Below are positions 36,965 to 46,002 of a DNA stretch of 47,260 nt, piece after piece. Source of the stretch: a virus (Duplodnaviria > Caudoviricetes); the IMG/VR virus record IMGVR_UViG_3300036045_000022, positions 1 through 47,260 of that record; one strand, given 5' to 3'. Under the pieces are notes generated by a model. That model worked only from the letters and a program-made list of their open reading frames with translations. It did not search any database and was not told where the DNA came from. The position numbers were made by a program, and so were the translations under genes. Numbering within the stretch: the first letter of the stretch is position 1; every line of letters starts with the position of its first letter.

Positions 36965-37822
36965 CTACGCGGCCTGCTTCGCCTTGGTCGGCCGACCGCC
37001 GCCAGCGCCCGGCTTGAAGCGCAGCGCAGGCGGGAGGGGCGGCACCGCGAACAGCTCGAGTTCAGCGGCCTGCAGGTTGCGGATCGGACGGCGCTCCATG
37101 AACGCGCGGATCGCGGCCTGCGTCTTGTTGTACCTGTCGGAGTCCGTCGTGCCGAGCCGCTTCGTGATCCAAGCGTCGCGCAACGATATGGCGGCACGGT
37201 CCGCCTCGCGCTCGATGCAGCCGCTTTTCAGAATCTCGGCCATGCGCCACAGGGCCGCGCGGTCTTGCGTGTACCACGCGCGGCCAAACACCGACGCCAC
37301 CGACACCGGGATGCACTTGGTACCAACACCGCGAGTCACGTTCAACACCTTGACGGCGAAGTCCACCGCCTCGGCAAAGTGCTCGTACCACTGATGCGTG
37401 ATCTCGTGAGGCACCATCATGTTTCTGGACGTGACGCCGATGGCGATGATCTTCGCGATTGCCGCCGCCGTGGAATTGGTCGTCGTCCAGCCTGCGTAGT
37501 GCGCCACGTCGGAGAAGTTACGCGGCAAGTTCGAGTCCACCACCACCACGTCCTCTGCGTTGACTCCTCGCGTCACCATAATGCGAATGGTGCACCCGCT
37601 CTCGACGATGGCCCACATGCGGTGCTGGCCGTCGATCATGTGCAGTTGATGGTCGAACGCGATCCCTTGGTGAGTCTCGCGCCACAGCCCTGCGCGCATC
37701 TGCGCTGCGTAGAAGTCCACACGGGACTGCCTTACAGCGCGGTTGCCTTCCATCGACTCCAGATACTGCGCGGCGGTCGTAGGGTTGATGTCCTCCCACC
37801 GCGATGTCAGTTTGCTTGTCAT
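36965..37822 (-). CDS. ParB-like (DGQHR) domain protein
   Basis: NR.V....V..YA..M..G.W...GIAFD....IDGQHR; ATG 37822 with SD. Confidence 0.8.
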   Translation of the reverse strand: MTSKLTSRWEDINPTTAAQYLESMEGNRAVRQSRVDFYAAQMRAGLWRETHQGIAFDHQLHMIDGQHRMWAIVESGCTIRIMVTRGVNAEDVVVVDSNLPRNFSDVAHYAGWTTTNSTAAAIAKIIAIGVTSRNMMVPHEITHQWYEHFAEAVDFAVKVLNVTRGVGTKCIPVSVASVFGRAWYTQDRAALWRMAEILKSGCIEREADRAAISLRDAWITKRLGTTDSDRYNKTQAAIRAFMERRPIRNLQAAELELFAVPPLPPALRFKPGAGGGRPTKAKQAA

Positions 37823-37836
37823 TGTGTGAACGTCTC

Positions 37837-38004
37837 CTATCGTTGGCGAACAAGCCACGCGAGAAGCCCGCGCAGCGCTTTCAGCATCGCGCCACATTGC
37901 TCGCGAGCGAACTCCCAATCTTTTTGGGAGCACGCTTCATCGAGACGGCGCGTAGCGAGCTGGATTGCAAGAAGCGATTCGCTCCAATCGTGAGGGGTTC
38001 TCAT
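37837..38004 (-). CDS. hypothetical protein
   Basis: ATGA-coupled small ORF. Confidence 0.5.
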   Translation of the reverse strand: MRTPHDWSESLLAIQLATRRLDEACSQKDWEFAREQCGAMLKALRGLLAWLVRQR

Positions 38005-38444
38005 GCTGGCAGCTCCGGACATTCGAACCCGTAGATCGGCTCCGGTTGTGAGTAGCCTTTGATCACCCTCTTGCACGCGGAGCCGGATTTGAGGCTGCAT
38101 GACAGGTTGATGATCCTGTCTGCTGTTTTGGAGTGTGCGAACTGGTAGTCGCGCTGGCCGAGAATCGCCCAATCACTTGTCCGGACGCACTGCAACCCCA
38201 AAGGAGTCCAGTCTTCGATGAACTGGATCAGCGACGCAGACTCGCGGAAGTCATCGAGGTCAAACTTCCACTCGACAAACACTCCGAACCCCGGCACACA
38301 CACAACCGCCGTCGAGCCGCCGAATCGCGCCACGCCTGCGCGCACGCACTCCTCTGCCTCGCGTAGCCGGTTCAGGTTGGCGATCAATCTGGAGTGCTCG
38401 TCGTACGCCTTGTTGATGGCGTGTTCGATGCAGTCGGAGGTCAT
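38001..38444 (-). CDS. hypothetical protein
   Basis: GGAGG SD; packed in the operon. Confidence 0.6.
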   Translation of the reverse strand: MTSDCIEHAINKAYDEHSRLIANLNRLREAEECVRAGVARFGGSTAVVCVPGFGVFVEWKFDLDDFRESASLIQFIEDWTPLGLQCVRTSDWAILGQRDYQFAHSKTADRIINLSCSLKSGSACKRVIKGYSQPEPIYGFECPELPA

Positions 38445-38798
38445 TTACTCGCCCTCCGGGAGATCGACGAACGACGACAGGGTGGGCATGCCAACCCGCT
38501 CCGCGATCACGCGGTTCAGCGCGGCGCGATTGCGCACCGCGAATCGCTTGAACAGCGAGGCGATGTGAACCTTGACCGTTCCTTCCGAGATTTCGAGGAT
38601 GCGCGAGATCGCCTTGTTCGGCTCCCCATCCAGCGTCAGGCGCAGCACTTCCGCTTGGCGTCGCGTGAGGCCCAGATCGCTTCGCGGGAGCGTGGCGCAG
38701 TTGATCGGCATCGGCCGCGCAAGGCGGACGTTCCAGTACATACCGCGTGCGCGAAGGTCGGTCACGACGTCCTCGGCGCGCGCCACGTTGTTCATCAT
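38445..38798 (-). CDS. LuxR/NarL-type HTH protein (no sensor domain)
   Basis: LTRRQAEVL....G.PNK.I...L.ISEGTVKVHI..L..R..V.NR. Confidence 0.88.
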   Translation of the reverse strand: MMNNVARAEDVVTDLRARGMYWNVRLARPMPINCATLPRSDLGLTRRQAEVLRLTLDGEPNKAISRILEISEGTVKVHIASLFKRFAVRNRAALNRVIAERVGMPTLSSFVDLPEGE

Positions 38799-38820
38799 TG
38801 TGTGGTCTCCTATCCGGTGT

Positions 38821-38860
38821 AAAAAAAGGCGGCGGCACTCACAACCAGAGCGCCGCCGCC
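38821..38860 (-). terminator. intrinsic terminator
   Basis: GGCGGCGGCGCTC-loop-GAGTGCCGCCGCC followed by T7. Confidence 0.8.
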
Positions 38861-38910
38861 GAACCCCACTACGAAAGCAGCGGCGCAGACTCGCGCCGCT
38901 TTACAGCGAC

Positions 38911-39951
38911 CTACTTCTTAGTGCGTTCCGCCGCGTCGAAGGCCGCGATTCGCGCATCGATCGCGGCGCCCACTTCCTTGCGCTCGCCCTCCGCGAGTCC
39001 GCGCGCCAAGGCCGCCAGCAGCGTCAGCTCGTCGCGCGTGCTGGCCTTCTGTGCCGACACGATCAACGAGTCCTTCGTGGGACCGGGCGTGGCGTCACCC
39101 GTGCCACCGTTGGTGCCCTTGGACTTCCTCTCCGCGAGCTTGGCCTTCAACGCATCGGCCCCGCCCGTCGTCGTGGCGGCCGCGGTCGCTTCCGCGAACA
39201 GCTCGTCCACCGTGGTGTCACCTTCCTTCAACGCGGTGAAGCACCCGAGCAGGATGGTCATGTCGTCCACCGTGATGTCGTCGACCGACGGGCGACCGAG
39301 CTTGCGCAGGATCATTTCCTCGGTCGCGCCCATCTTCCCCAGCTTCTCCAACGCCTTGGCGCGGCGGTTGGCGAGCGTCGTCGCGTCTCCCACCGCCACC
39401 TGCCTGGACTGATCCCACAGGTCGGACCAGAACGCCTTCGGGACCCCTTTCAGGATCGCGTTGCGCAGCGCGATGGAGCATGCCGCGTTCGACGTGACCA
39501 CAATCATGTCCGACGAGAACCGGCGGCCGTCCGCGCCAACGATCCGCCGCTGCACCTCGTAGGTGATCGCGACGTTCTTCTGCAGGTCCATGAAGGCACC
39601 TTGGGCCACAACGAACTGGCCCTTGTCGTCCACGACGCGCGCGCCGGCGCGGCAATTGCCCCACGACGACAGCACGATCTCGGCGAAGCGCGCACTCGGC
39701 CCCACGATTGTCTTGCCTGCGCGCGGGAGAGCGTAGGTGCACTCCTCCGCCACCGACTCGTTCAGCGTGGCCATCGTCAGCACTTCGTTGCGGAACGCCC
39801 GCACGTTCCGCGGATAGCGGTGCGCGGTCGCAACCTGCTGGTCGATCTCGGACTTGTTGAGCAGCGCCACGACAGACGCTTCCGCGTCCATAGTGGCCAG
39901 CGCGGTCGTGGTCTCGGTGACCACACCTTCTTCATCGATCACTTGGTTCAT
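38911..39951 (-). CDS. putative ssDNA-annealing recombinase
   Basis: Directly follows the YqaJ exonuclease; A.RYPR...Y..PR.G..I.GPS.RFAE pattern; family not certain. Confidence 0.6.
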   Translation of the reverse strand: MNQVIDEEGVVTETTTALATMDAEASVVALLNKSEIDQQVATAHRYPRNVRAFRNEVLTMATLNESVAEECTYALPRAGKTIVGPSARFAEIVLSSWGNCRAGARVVDDKGQFVVAQGAFMDLQKNVAITYEVQRRIVGADGRRFSSDMIVVTSNAACSIALRNAILKGVPKAFWSDLWDQSRQVAVGDATTLANRRAKALEKLGKMGATEEMILRKLGRPSVDDITVDDMTILLGCFTALKEGDTTVDELFAEATAAATTTGGADALKAKLAERKSKGTNGGTGDATPGPTKDSLIVSAQKASTRDELTLLAALARGLAEGERKEVGAAIDARIAAFDAAERTKK

Positions 39952-39976
39952 CTGGTTGTTCTCCTATCCGGTTGGA

Positions 39977-40921
39977 CTACTTGAACAGCATGCGCCGCGA
40001 GTTGCTGACCTCGCGTGTGAACTCGGCCACCAGCGACGGATGGGCGTCCTTGAACGCATCGAGGTCGAACCTGTTCGACGCCTTCGGAGACTTCCACGTC
40101 ACGACCGGCTTGCCGCCGTAGGTGAGGATTGCGGCCTCGCCCATGTACTTCTTGATCTCGAGCTTGATGGCGTCGAGGTGAGACTGCGCCTCGTCCAGCT
40201 TCGCCCGCCACGCCGCGTGATCCAAGACCTGCTGGGCGATCTCGGGCGTGGCCTCCACCGAGGACCCGGCGTCCTTGAAGTACCGGATCGCAACGTCGTC
40301 CGGTGTGGTCATTGGCGGCTCTGTGCCGCTCTCCACCATGCGCATGAACTCGCGCTCGCCCTCGATCACCATTTCGATGAGCTCCGGGTCGCGCACGAGC
40401 TTGTATCGCTTCGTGTTCCCGTCGACGAAGGCAGCGAAGTGGCACACTTCGACGCCGGTCACGATCAGGTAGTGAACGCCTTGCGTGAGGTAGTACAGCG
40501 GCACTTCATCGGTGCCCTCCTCACCCCATTGATGGGACGCCCACGTGGACACGAGCTTCGCTTCGAGGATCGCGTCGGTAGTCAGACGACCGCCCGCCCA
40601 CGACACGCGGCCGGCGATGGACGTGTTGACCACCGCGCGGTCGATGTTCGCCACCATCCACGGGAACTCTTGCGAGCGCAGCATGGTGTTCACACGCTGC
40701 AACCGCAACTGGCTCGCTTCCGCGAACTCGTTCGCGATCACGTCCTCCAGCTTCTTGCCGAGGCGCAGGCGCGGGCCGTCCCTTTCGTCCTTGTCGAGGC
40801 CTCGCTTCTCGCGCCACAGTTGATAGGGTGTTTTCCACGGAGACAGGCCAAGGGCTGCGGCGACATCGCTGCCGCCCAGCCCCTCTCTGCGCTGCTCCAA
40901 GCGAACCGCATCGAGGGGCAT
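39977..40921 (-). CDS. YqaJ-like viral recombination exonuclease
   Basis: R..GLGGSD.AA..G.SPWKTP..LW.EK, G..LE, ANID, LEAK, Y..Q..HY; GGAGG SD. Confidence 0.93.
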   Translation of the reverse strand: MPLDAVRLEQRREGLGGSDVAAALGLSPWKTPYQLWREKRGLDKDERDGPRLRLGKKLEDVIANEFAEASQLRLQRVNTMLRSQEFPWMVANIDRAVVNTSIAGRVSWAGGRLTTDAILEAKLVSTWASHQWGEEGTDEVPLYYLTQGVHYLIVTGVEVCHFAAFVDGNTKRYKLVRDPELIEMVIEGEREFMRMVESGTEPPMTTPDDVAIRYFKDAGSSVEATPEIAQQVLDHAAWRAKLDEAQSHLDAIKLEIKKYMGEAAILTYGGKPVVTWKSPKASNRFDLDAFKDAHPSLVAEFTREVSNSRRMLFK

Positions 40922-40934
40922 GGGTGGCCTCCGG

Positions 40935-41234
40935 TCAGCGAATCGAAATGCCAACGGCGTCGTGGATCTCGATGCCCGCCCGCCCGGCCTCGTAAATCTG
41001 GTCGTGCGTCGCGAGCGCCGCGCGCAACATCGACGAGGCGACGTACAGCTTCGCCTTGCTCGAATTCGTCGCGCGGACGAGCGTGTATCCGCCGTTGTCG
41101 TCGGTCACCGCGAACGTCTTGGGCGGCTTGGGAGTGCGCACCTTCTTCGCCCCCACGATGTCCGCAAGGCTCTGCGCGGGCGTCGAGGTTTGTTGAGTGG
41201 GTGCAGCGGGAGTGGGTTTCAGCTTTGCTGCCAT
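40935..41234 (-). CDS. hypothetical protein
   Basis: AAGGAG SD. Confidence 0.6.
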   Translation of the reverse strand: MAAKLKPTPAAPTQQTSTPAQSLADIVGAKKVRTPKPPKTFAVTDDNGGYTLVRATNSSKAKLYVASSMLRAALATHDQIYEAGRAGIEIHDAVGISIR

Positions 41235-41247
41235 GACATCGTTCTCC

Positions 41248-41388
41248 TTATCGCGTTGTGGCCCGTTGAACTGCGCTCGGAGGATCGAGCCGAATCTCCT
41301 CGTCGCTGACTTCGGCTCCGGTGATCCAGAGTCCGAAAACAATAAGGGCCGCGACTGCGGCCCATGTGACGACGCGGCGCGCGCTCAT
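41248..41388 (-). CDS. small single-TM protein
   Basis: Hydrophobic VVTWAAVAALIVFGLWI; coupled start. Confidence 0.45.
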   Translation of the reverse strand: MSARRVVTWAAVAALIVFGLWITGAEVSDEEIRLDPPSAVQRATTR

Positions 41389-41582
41389 AGCTCGCGCAGC
41401 GCTTGGCGTGTGAGCAGACGACGAACCTCCATCTGCACCACCTTCGCTTCCGCTTGTGTGGCGTCGCGTCGGCAGTGCGCGGCTTGGCTGTCGTAGTCCG
41501 CCGCGAGCGCGCGCAAGTGGAGCGCCCGCCCGCGCAGCATCGCGATCTGGAAGTCGCGCACGAAGGTCAGGATGTCCCTCAT
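41385..41582 (-). CDS. hypothetical protein
   Basis: ATGA couplings. Confidence 0.5.
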   Translation of the reverse strand: MRDILTFVRDFQIAMLRGRALHLRALAADYDSQAAHCRRDATQAEAKVVQMEVRRLLTRQALREL

Positions 41583-41818
41583 GGCGACACCGGCTGCTCG
41601 ATCCAGTAGTGCTCGGCGCGGTACTCCGCGACCACACTCCTGTCGACCATCGCGTTCCAGATCGGCGCGGCGACGCCGGGAGGCAGCTTCGCTGCTAGAT
41701 CGCGGATCGCCTTCAACTGTTCTTTGCCGCGACGCCACGCGCGGCTGTCGTCCGAATACTCGAACGTGAGGTCGTGCTGGTTCACGAGCGTGGTGAACTC
41801 CTCGATCAGCGCGCTCAT
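41579..41818 (-). CDS. hypothetical protein (HD..FEYSDD...W..G motif)
   Basis: GAGG SD; motif common in small phage proteins. Confidence 0.6.
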   Translation of the reverse strand: MSALIEEFTTLVNQHDLTFEYSDDSRAWRRGKEQLKAIRDLAAKLPPGVAAPIWNAMVDRSVVAEYRAEHYWIEQPVSP

Positions 41819-42006
41819 GCCGTCACCTCGCGCTCGTGGACGACGTAGCCCAACCCCACGCACAGACGGCAGCGGTGGAGAGTGTGGTCGCCGTATGCGA
41901 CGTTGCCTCTGCCGAGGCAGACGGGACACTTCCGACGCTCCACTCCCGCGAAGGTGTCGCTGGTACTCCTTGTGGCTGATTTGACAGCCGACTCTTGGTG
42001 TGACAT
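41815..42006 (-). CDS. small zinc-finger protein
   Basis: Two CxxCxGxG motifs; strong SD. Confidence 0.65.
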   Translation of the reverse strand: MSHQESAVKSATRSTSDTFAGVERRKCPVCLGRGNVAYGDHTLHRCRLCVGLGYVVHEREVTA

Positions 42007-42044
42007 TCTGCGTTCTCCTATCCGTTGGATTCACTTCAACGTTC

Positions 42045-42083
42045 AAAGGCCCGACGCTGCGATGCGCCGGGCCTTTTCTTTTT
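42045..42083. terminator. intrinsic terminator, possibly bidirectional
   Basis: AAAGGCCCG...CGGGCCTTTTCTTTTT. Confidence 0.65.
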
Positions 42084-42090
42084 GCCGAAC

Positions 42091-43179
42091 CTACGCGGCG
42101 ACCTTGATCAACGTCGCCCACTCGTTGCGGGGAAGCTCGATGATCTCGCCGCCAAGCCGCTCGAGGTCGGACGCCGTGTCATAGTCATCCGCGTCCTGCG
42201 CCGCGCGCGTGATCGCCGCGTGCAGGCCGTAGCGCGTGAGGTCCGCCCCCTCGATCAGTCGGGCCAAGATCGACTTGCGGTGCCCTTCGCTGACCGCGTT
42301 CTTGCGCCCGACGCGCTCCACAACCTCCTCGACTACGGTCGCGGGCAGCTTGTCCTTCGACGCCTCACCCAGCTTCGTGGTCAGCGCCTTGAACTTCGCC
42401 TCGTCGAACGCACCGCGCACGACGTCGCGAACCTGCGCGAACAGCACCTCGTCGGTCTTGCGCTTCGTCTCGTCGGACAGCATTTCGTACACCTCGTCGC
42501 CGTAGTCCGACCGCGACCCGACGTGACGGCGCTTCATGTGCGCGCCGATCATCGCGAGGTTCGTGCAGATTTTCGTGAACACTCCCGACTCGATGGAGAA
42601 GCGGCCGAAGCCCACCTCGCTGTTCATCACCGAGATCGCGGGCGACACCGTGTCGAAGAACACGTGGGACCCGTCACCCATGAGGCGACCCGTGGGAACG
42701 TCGAGCGCCACGCGCTTGTCGATCGCCTTGATGTACAGGCGGCGCTCGGTGACCTCGCACGAGCAGATCAGCAGATCCATGTCCATCAGGATCGGCAGCA
42801 CCGCGTCGGCAATGTCCTCGTTCTCGATGCAGCGGTAACGGTCCGACAGGAACGCGCGCACCTTGCCATCTAGCGCCCGGACCAAGCGGCGCTCCTCGTG
42901 GTGCTCCCGCATCCAGCGGTTGACGTTGTCCGAGAGCAGCTTCGGGTCGTTCGCCTGCATCCGCTTGTAGTAGTCGCGCGGGATGTCGAGGTACGTCGCG
43001 AGCTGATCGTGCGCGATGGTAGTCAGCGGCATCGCCGCCTTGTCCGCCACGACGATGTTCGGCTCGTCGTCGATCACTTCCATACCGAGCTTGGTGACCG
43101 GCGTGTTGATGTCGCGCTTCGCGTCCGCGCGGCGTTGGAGTTCGGTTGCCAGTTCCACCAGATTGCGTCCTACCTTCAT
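42091..43179 (-). CDS. DUF932-like protein
   Basis: A..QLA..L.IP..Y, RAFLSDRY, NSEVG.G, ICTN and H.G motifs. Confidence 0.8.
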   Translation of the reverse strand: MKVGRNLVELATELQRRADAKRDINTPVTKLGMEVIDDEPNIVVADKAAMPLTTIAHDQLATYLDIPRDYYKRMQANDPKLLSDNVNRWMREHHEERRLVRALDGKVRAFLSDRYRCIENEDIADAVLPILMDMDLLICSCEVTERRLYIKAIDKRVALDVPTGRLMGDGSHVFFDTVSPAISVMNSEVGFGRFSIESGVFTKICTNLAMIGAHMKRRHVGSRSDYGDEVYEMLSDETKRKTDEVLFAQVRDVVRGAFDEAKFKALTTKLGEASKDKLPATVVEEVVERVGRKNAVSEGHRKSILARLIEGADLTRYGLHAAITRAAQDADDYDTASDLERLGGEIIELPRNEWATLIKVAA

Positions 43180-43199
43180 GGTGTTACTCCTATCGTTGG

Positions 43200-43230
43200 A
43201 AAAACAAAAGCCCGCGATGTCGCTGCGGGC
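43200..43230 (-). terminator. intrinsic terminator
   Basis: GCCCGC...GCGGGC followed by TTTTGTTTTT on the minus strand. Confidence 0.7.
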
Positions 43231-43295
43231 GTGGGCGGGTGCAGCCTTCGCACCATCCGGCCGCCTGTCACGCGGCCGTGTGTTGCGGGCTGTGG

Positions 43296-43691
43296 TTACG
43301 TCTTGCGCTTCTTCAGGAAACCGGGCTCGACGCCAGCGAGCTTGCGCTCTTCGGCGATGCGCTTGCCGTTCCTGCGGCGCAGCTTGGTCGTGATGCTCTC
43401 GCGCTGCCGGTCAATGACCGATAGCACGGCGCTCGGCAGGATCGTGCGTTGCGCGCCGTCGGCGCTGACTTGTGTGATGAACGCAGTCACGCTCTCATCG
43501 GTTCGCACGGTCTGCACGATGTACGTCCGCGTGTGACCGTAGAAGTCGATGTCTTGCACCACAGCAGGCTTCGTGTGCGCCCCGTTCGGTAAGCCGATCA
43601 AGCTCGACAACATCTTGTCGAACGGGTCGGTCGTGCGCGCCGCCGAGACCTTGTGTTCGGGTCTGGTGTATCCCTCGTCGCTCTGGCTCAT
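43296..43691 (-). CDS. hypothetical protein with Arg/Lys-rich C-terminus
   Basis: ATGA-coupled to radC. Confidence 0.65.
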   Translation of the reverse strand: MSQSDEGYTRPEHKVSAARTTDPFDKMLSSLIGLPNGAHTKPAVVQDIDFYGHTRTYIVQTVRTDESVTAFITQVSADGAQRTILPSAVLSVIDRQRESITTKLRRRNGKRIAEERKLAGVEPGFLKKRKT

Positions 43692-44152
43692 ATCAGGCCC
43701 CGCTCGGCGAACGACGTCACCTTGGTCCCACCTACGACGAAGTGATCCAGCGTGCGCACGTCCACGAGAGACAGCGCCATCTTCAAGCTCGACGTCAGCA
43801 GCTCATCAGCGCGCGACGGCTCCGGCACTCCGCTCGGATGGTTGTGCGCGAAGATCACAGAGGCCGCGTTGTGCATCAGCGCCGCCTTCACGATCTCGCG
43901 CGGATACACGCTGGTCTGCGTCAACGTCCCGCGGAACATTTCTTCGCAGGCGATGACGTGGTTCTGTGAGTTGAGGAAGATCACCACGAAGACCTCGTGG
44001 GGAAGTGTGGCGAGCCGCATCCGCAGGTAGTCGCGGACCGCGTTCGGCGAACTCAACGCCTCGCCATACTGCACGCGGCGCTCGAGGACGTTCATCGCAG
44101 CGGCGATCAACTGGTCGTCGCTCAATTCGGGTGAGGCAGTTTTCTTCGACAT
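43688..44152 (-). CDS. radC: RadC-like JAB domain protein
   Basis: E.F, VYPREI, HNHPSG..EPS.AD and LDH motifs. Confidence 0.93.
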   Translation of the reverse strand: MSKKTASPELSDDQLIAAAMNVLERRVQYGEALSSPNAVRDYLRMRLATLPHEVFVVIFLNSQNHVIACEEMFRGTLTQTSVYPREIVKAALMHNAASVIFAHNHPSGVPEPSRADELLTSSLKMALSLVDVRTLDHFVVGGTKVTSFAERGLI

Positions 44153-44566
44153 TTTGGTTTCTCCTATCCGTGTGGGGATTGGATCGCGGAATGCGATCCG
44201 CGCAGCGCGCTCTAGAACGCGCTGAACGTTTCGCACTTCACAACGATGGACGCGAGCATCAGTGTCAGCGAGTTCGCTTCGACGCTTGCAACGCCCATTC
44301 AAGACCGGAATCAACGGCGGCAGGCCTTCACCCTGTCATTCGTTGCACGTCGCGGCGGAAACAGACGTCGCGTGGCGTGCAAGGCGCGTGTCGTTGCGTG
44401 CGCGCATGGGTCGGGTCAACCCGGCTTGCCTCATCGTCGACACCTTCGCTCGCTCGCCGATCCGGATCGGCGTTGCAGCCCCTGCTCCGCTCTTCGCGTC
44501 CCGCCGCCTTCGCGGGATCACTCCAAGGTGTCGTGGGCGTTAGTCAGCTATCAGTGCTTACCGCGA

Positions 44567-44595
44567 ATGATAGCCATTGTTATGGGTCTAGGCAA
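44567..44595 (-). promoter_or_regulatory. leftward early promoter (PL-like) with overlapping operator
   Basis: TTGCCT-17 bp-TATCAT on the minus strand; ATAG-N6-TTAT inverted repeat at 44570-44583. Confidence 0.6.
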
Positions 44596-44646
44596 GTGGG
44601 ACTACACTCGTCCAACCCGAGCGAATACCGCCGGAGATTCAAGGGT

Positions 44647-45237
44647 TTACAGGGCGGCTTGGAGGGCGACCACGCGCCCGGCGATCCGGGAGTCGGGCGG
44701 CATCCGCTCGACGGGATATCGCCCGTTCGATGGGCGCAGGAAGGCGCTCGACCCCTCGACTGTGTACTGGCGCAACATCGCCGCGCCGTCCTTCGCCACC
44801 ACCACCACGAAGTGACCGGACTGCGCTTGCTCGTTTGGATCCACGACCACCACCGACCCTCGAGGCAGGTCTGGCTCCATCGCGTCGCCGACAACCTTCA
44901 ACGCGAACGCGACAGGCGACACGCGAACGAACGTGGTGACGTGCGCCACGGGCGAGGCGTCATCCAGCCGGTGGACGTCGCCCCACTCGTACAACGGCAC
45001 GCCAGCGCGCTCGCCTGTGGGCGCTCCTGCCTCGCGCGGTCCGCGACCGGACGTGAGCCATACGGGCCCAACGTCGAGCACCGCCGCAAGCAGGGCGACC
45101 TTGCCGCTGCTGTTGTTGCGGCCGAGCTCCATCTGGGCCACGGTCGCCTGCGACATCCCGACGAGCCGCGCCAGCTCTGCCTGGCTGAACCCTTTGGCCA
45201 GCCGCGCCTCCTTGATCCGCTCCCCGAAAGTGCTCAC
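44647..45237 (-). CDS. cI: CI-like repressor (HTH + S24-like domain, catalytic residues substituted)
   Basis: RIKEAR...SQAELARLVG.SQ..V...E.G HTH; FALKV.GDAM..; start may be GTG 45237 or ATG 45294. Confidence 0.9.
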   Translation of the reverse strand: MSTFGERIKEARLAKGFSQAELARLVGMSQATVAQMELGRNNSSGKVALLAAVLDVGPVWLTSGRGPREAGAPTGERAGVPLYEWGDVHRLDDASPVAHVTTFVRVSPVAFALKVVGDAMEPDLPRGSVVVVDPNEQAQSGHFVVVVAKDGAAMLRQYTVEGSSAFLRPSNGRYPVERMPPDSRIAGRVVALQAAL

Positions 45238-45262
45238 GGAAGTAGAAGTACCACGCTCGTCG

Positions 45263-45305
45263 ATAACTTTTCCTATTGCTCGGCATATAGTCATTGCATT
45301 AGACT
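45263..45305 (+). promoter_or_regulatory. PR-like promoter and operators
   Basis: ATAA-N6-CTAT (45263-45276), ATAGTCATTG (45287-45296); TTGCTC-18 bp-TAGACT. Confidence 0.5.
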
Positions 45306-45337
45306 CGCGCGGTTGTTGTTAACAGAGGTGTGGGGTC

Positions 45338-45577
45338 ATGGACTGGCAGCGCGTCATCACGGACATCACCGACTGCGGATACTCGCAGGGGGAGATTGCG
45401 CGCCGGTGCAGGACGTCTCAACCCTACATCTCGCAACTGCAAAGCGGCGCGCGCGGGTGCGCTGACCCCTCGTACAGCATCGGATCGCGGTTGATCCGTC
45501 TGCGCACCGAGGCCAAGCGCCGGGCACAAGCCCATCGTCCGGCGGGTTCTACCTCACGCGCGTCGTCCCGGGAATAG
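45338..45577 (+). CDS. cro: Cro-like repressor
   Basis: SQGEIARRC.TSQPYISQL..G HTH; divergent from cI. Confidence 0.85.
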   Translation: MDWQRVITDITDCGYSQGEIARRCRTSQPYISQLQSGARGCADPSYSIGSRLIRLRTEAKRRAQAHRPAGSTSRASSRE

Positions 45578-45582
45578 GCCGC

Positions 45583-46002
45583 ATGCCCGAGGCGCGAATC
45601 ACTGTTCCCGGCGATCCAATTGCCAAGGGCCGCGGACGCATCGTCCGCCTCGGCAACCGCATGGGGATCAAGACGCCGGACAAGACGCGACGTTACGAGT
45701 TCACGGTGCGTGAGCACGCGATCCGTGAGTGGGGATCGATGCAGCCAATCAGCGACGTTCCTGTGTCGCTCACCTTGCTGTTCGTTCGATCCGTTCCGCC
45801 ATCGTGGTCGCAGAAGAAGCAAAAGGCGGCGCTCGCAGGCGACGTTCTCCCGATCACGAAACCAGACCTCGACAACCTCGAAAAGTCTGTGAAGGACGGA
45901 ATGAACGGCGTGGTGTACCGGGATGACGCGCAGGTTTGCCGCGTCACAAAGTCCAAGGTTTACGGCGCGCAGCCGCGCGTCGAAATCGTCGTGATGTGGT
46001 AG
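45583..46002 (+). CDS. rusA: RusA Holliday junction resolvase
   Basis: KPDLDNLEK.V.DG.NG.VY.DDAQV motif. Confidence 0.92.
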   Translation: MPEARITVPGDPIAKGRGRIVRLGNRMGIKTPDKTRRYEFTVREHAIREWGSMQPISDVPVSLTLLFVRSVPPSWSQKKQKAALAGDVLPITKPDLDNLEKSVKDGMNGVVYRDDAQVCRVTKSKVYGAQPRVEIVVMW

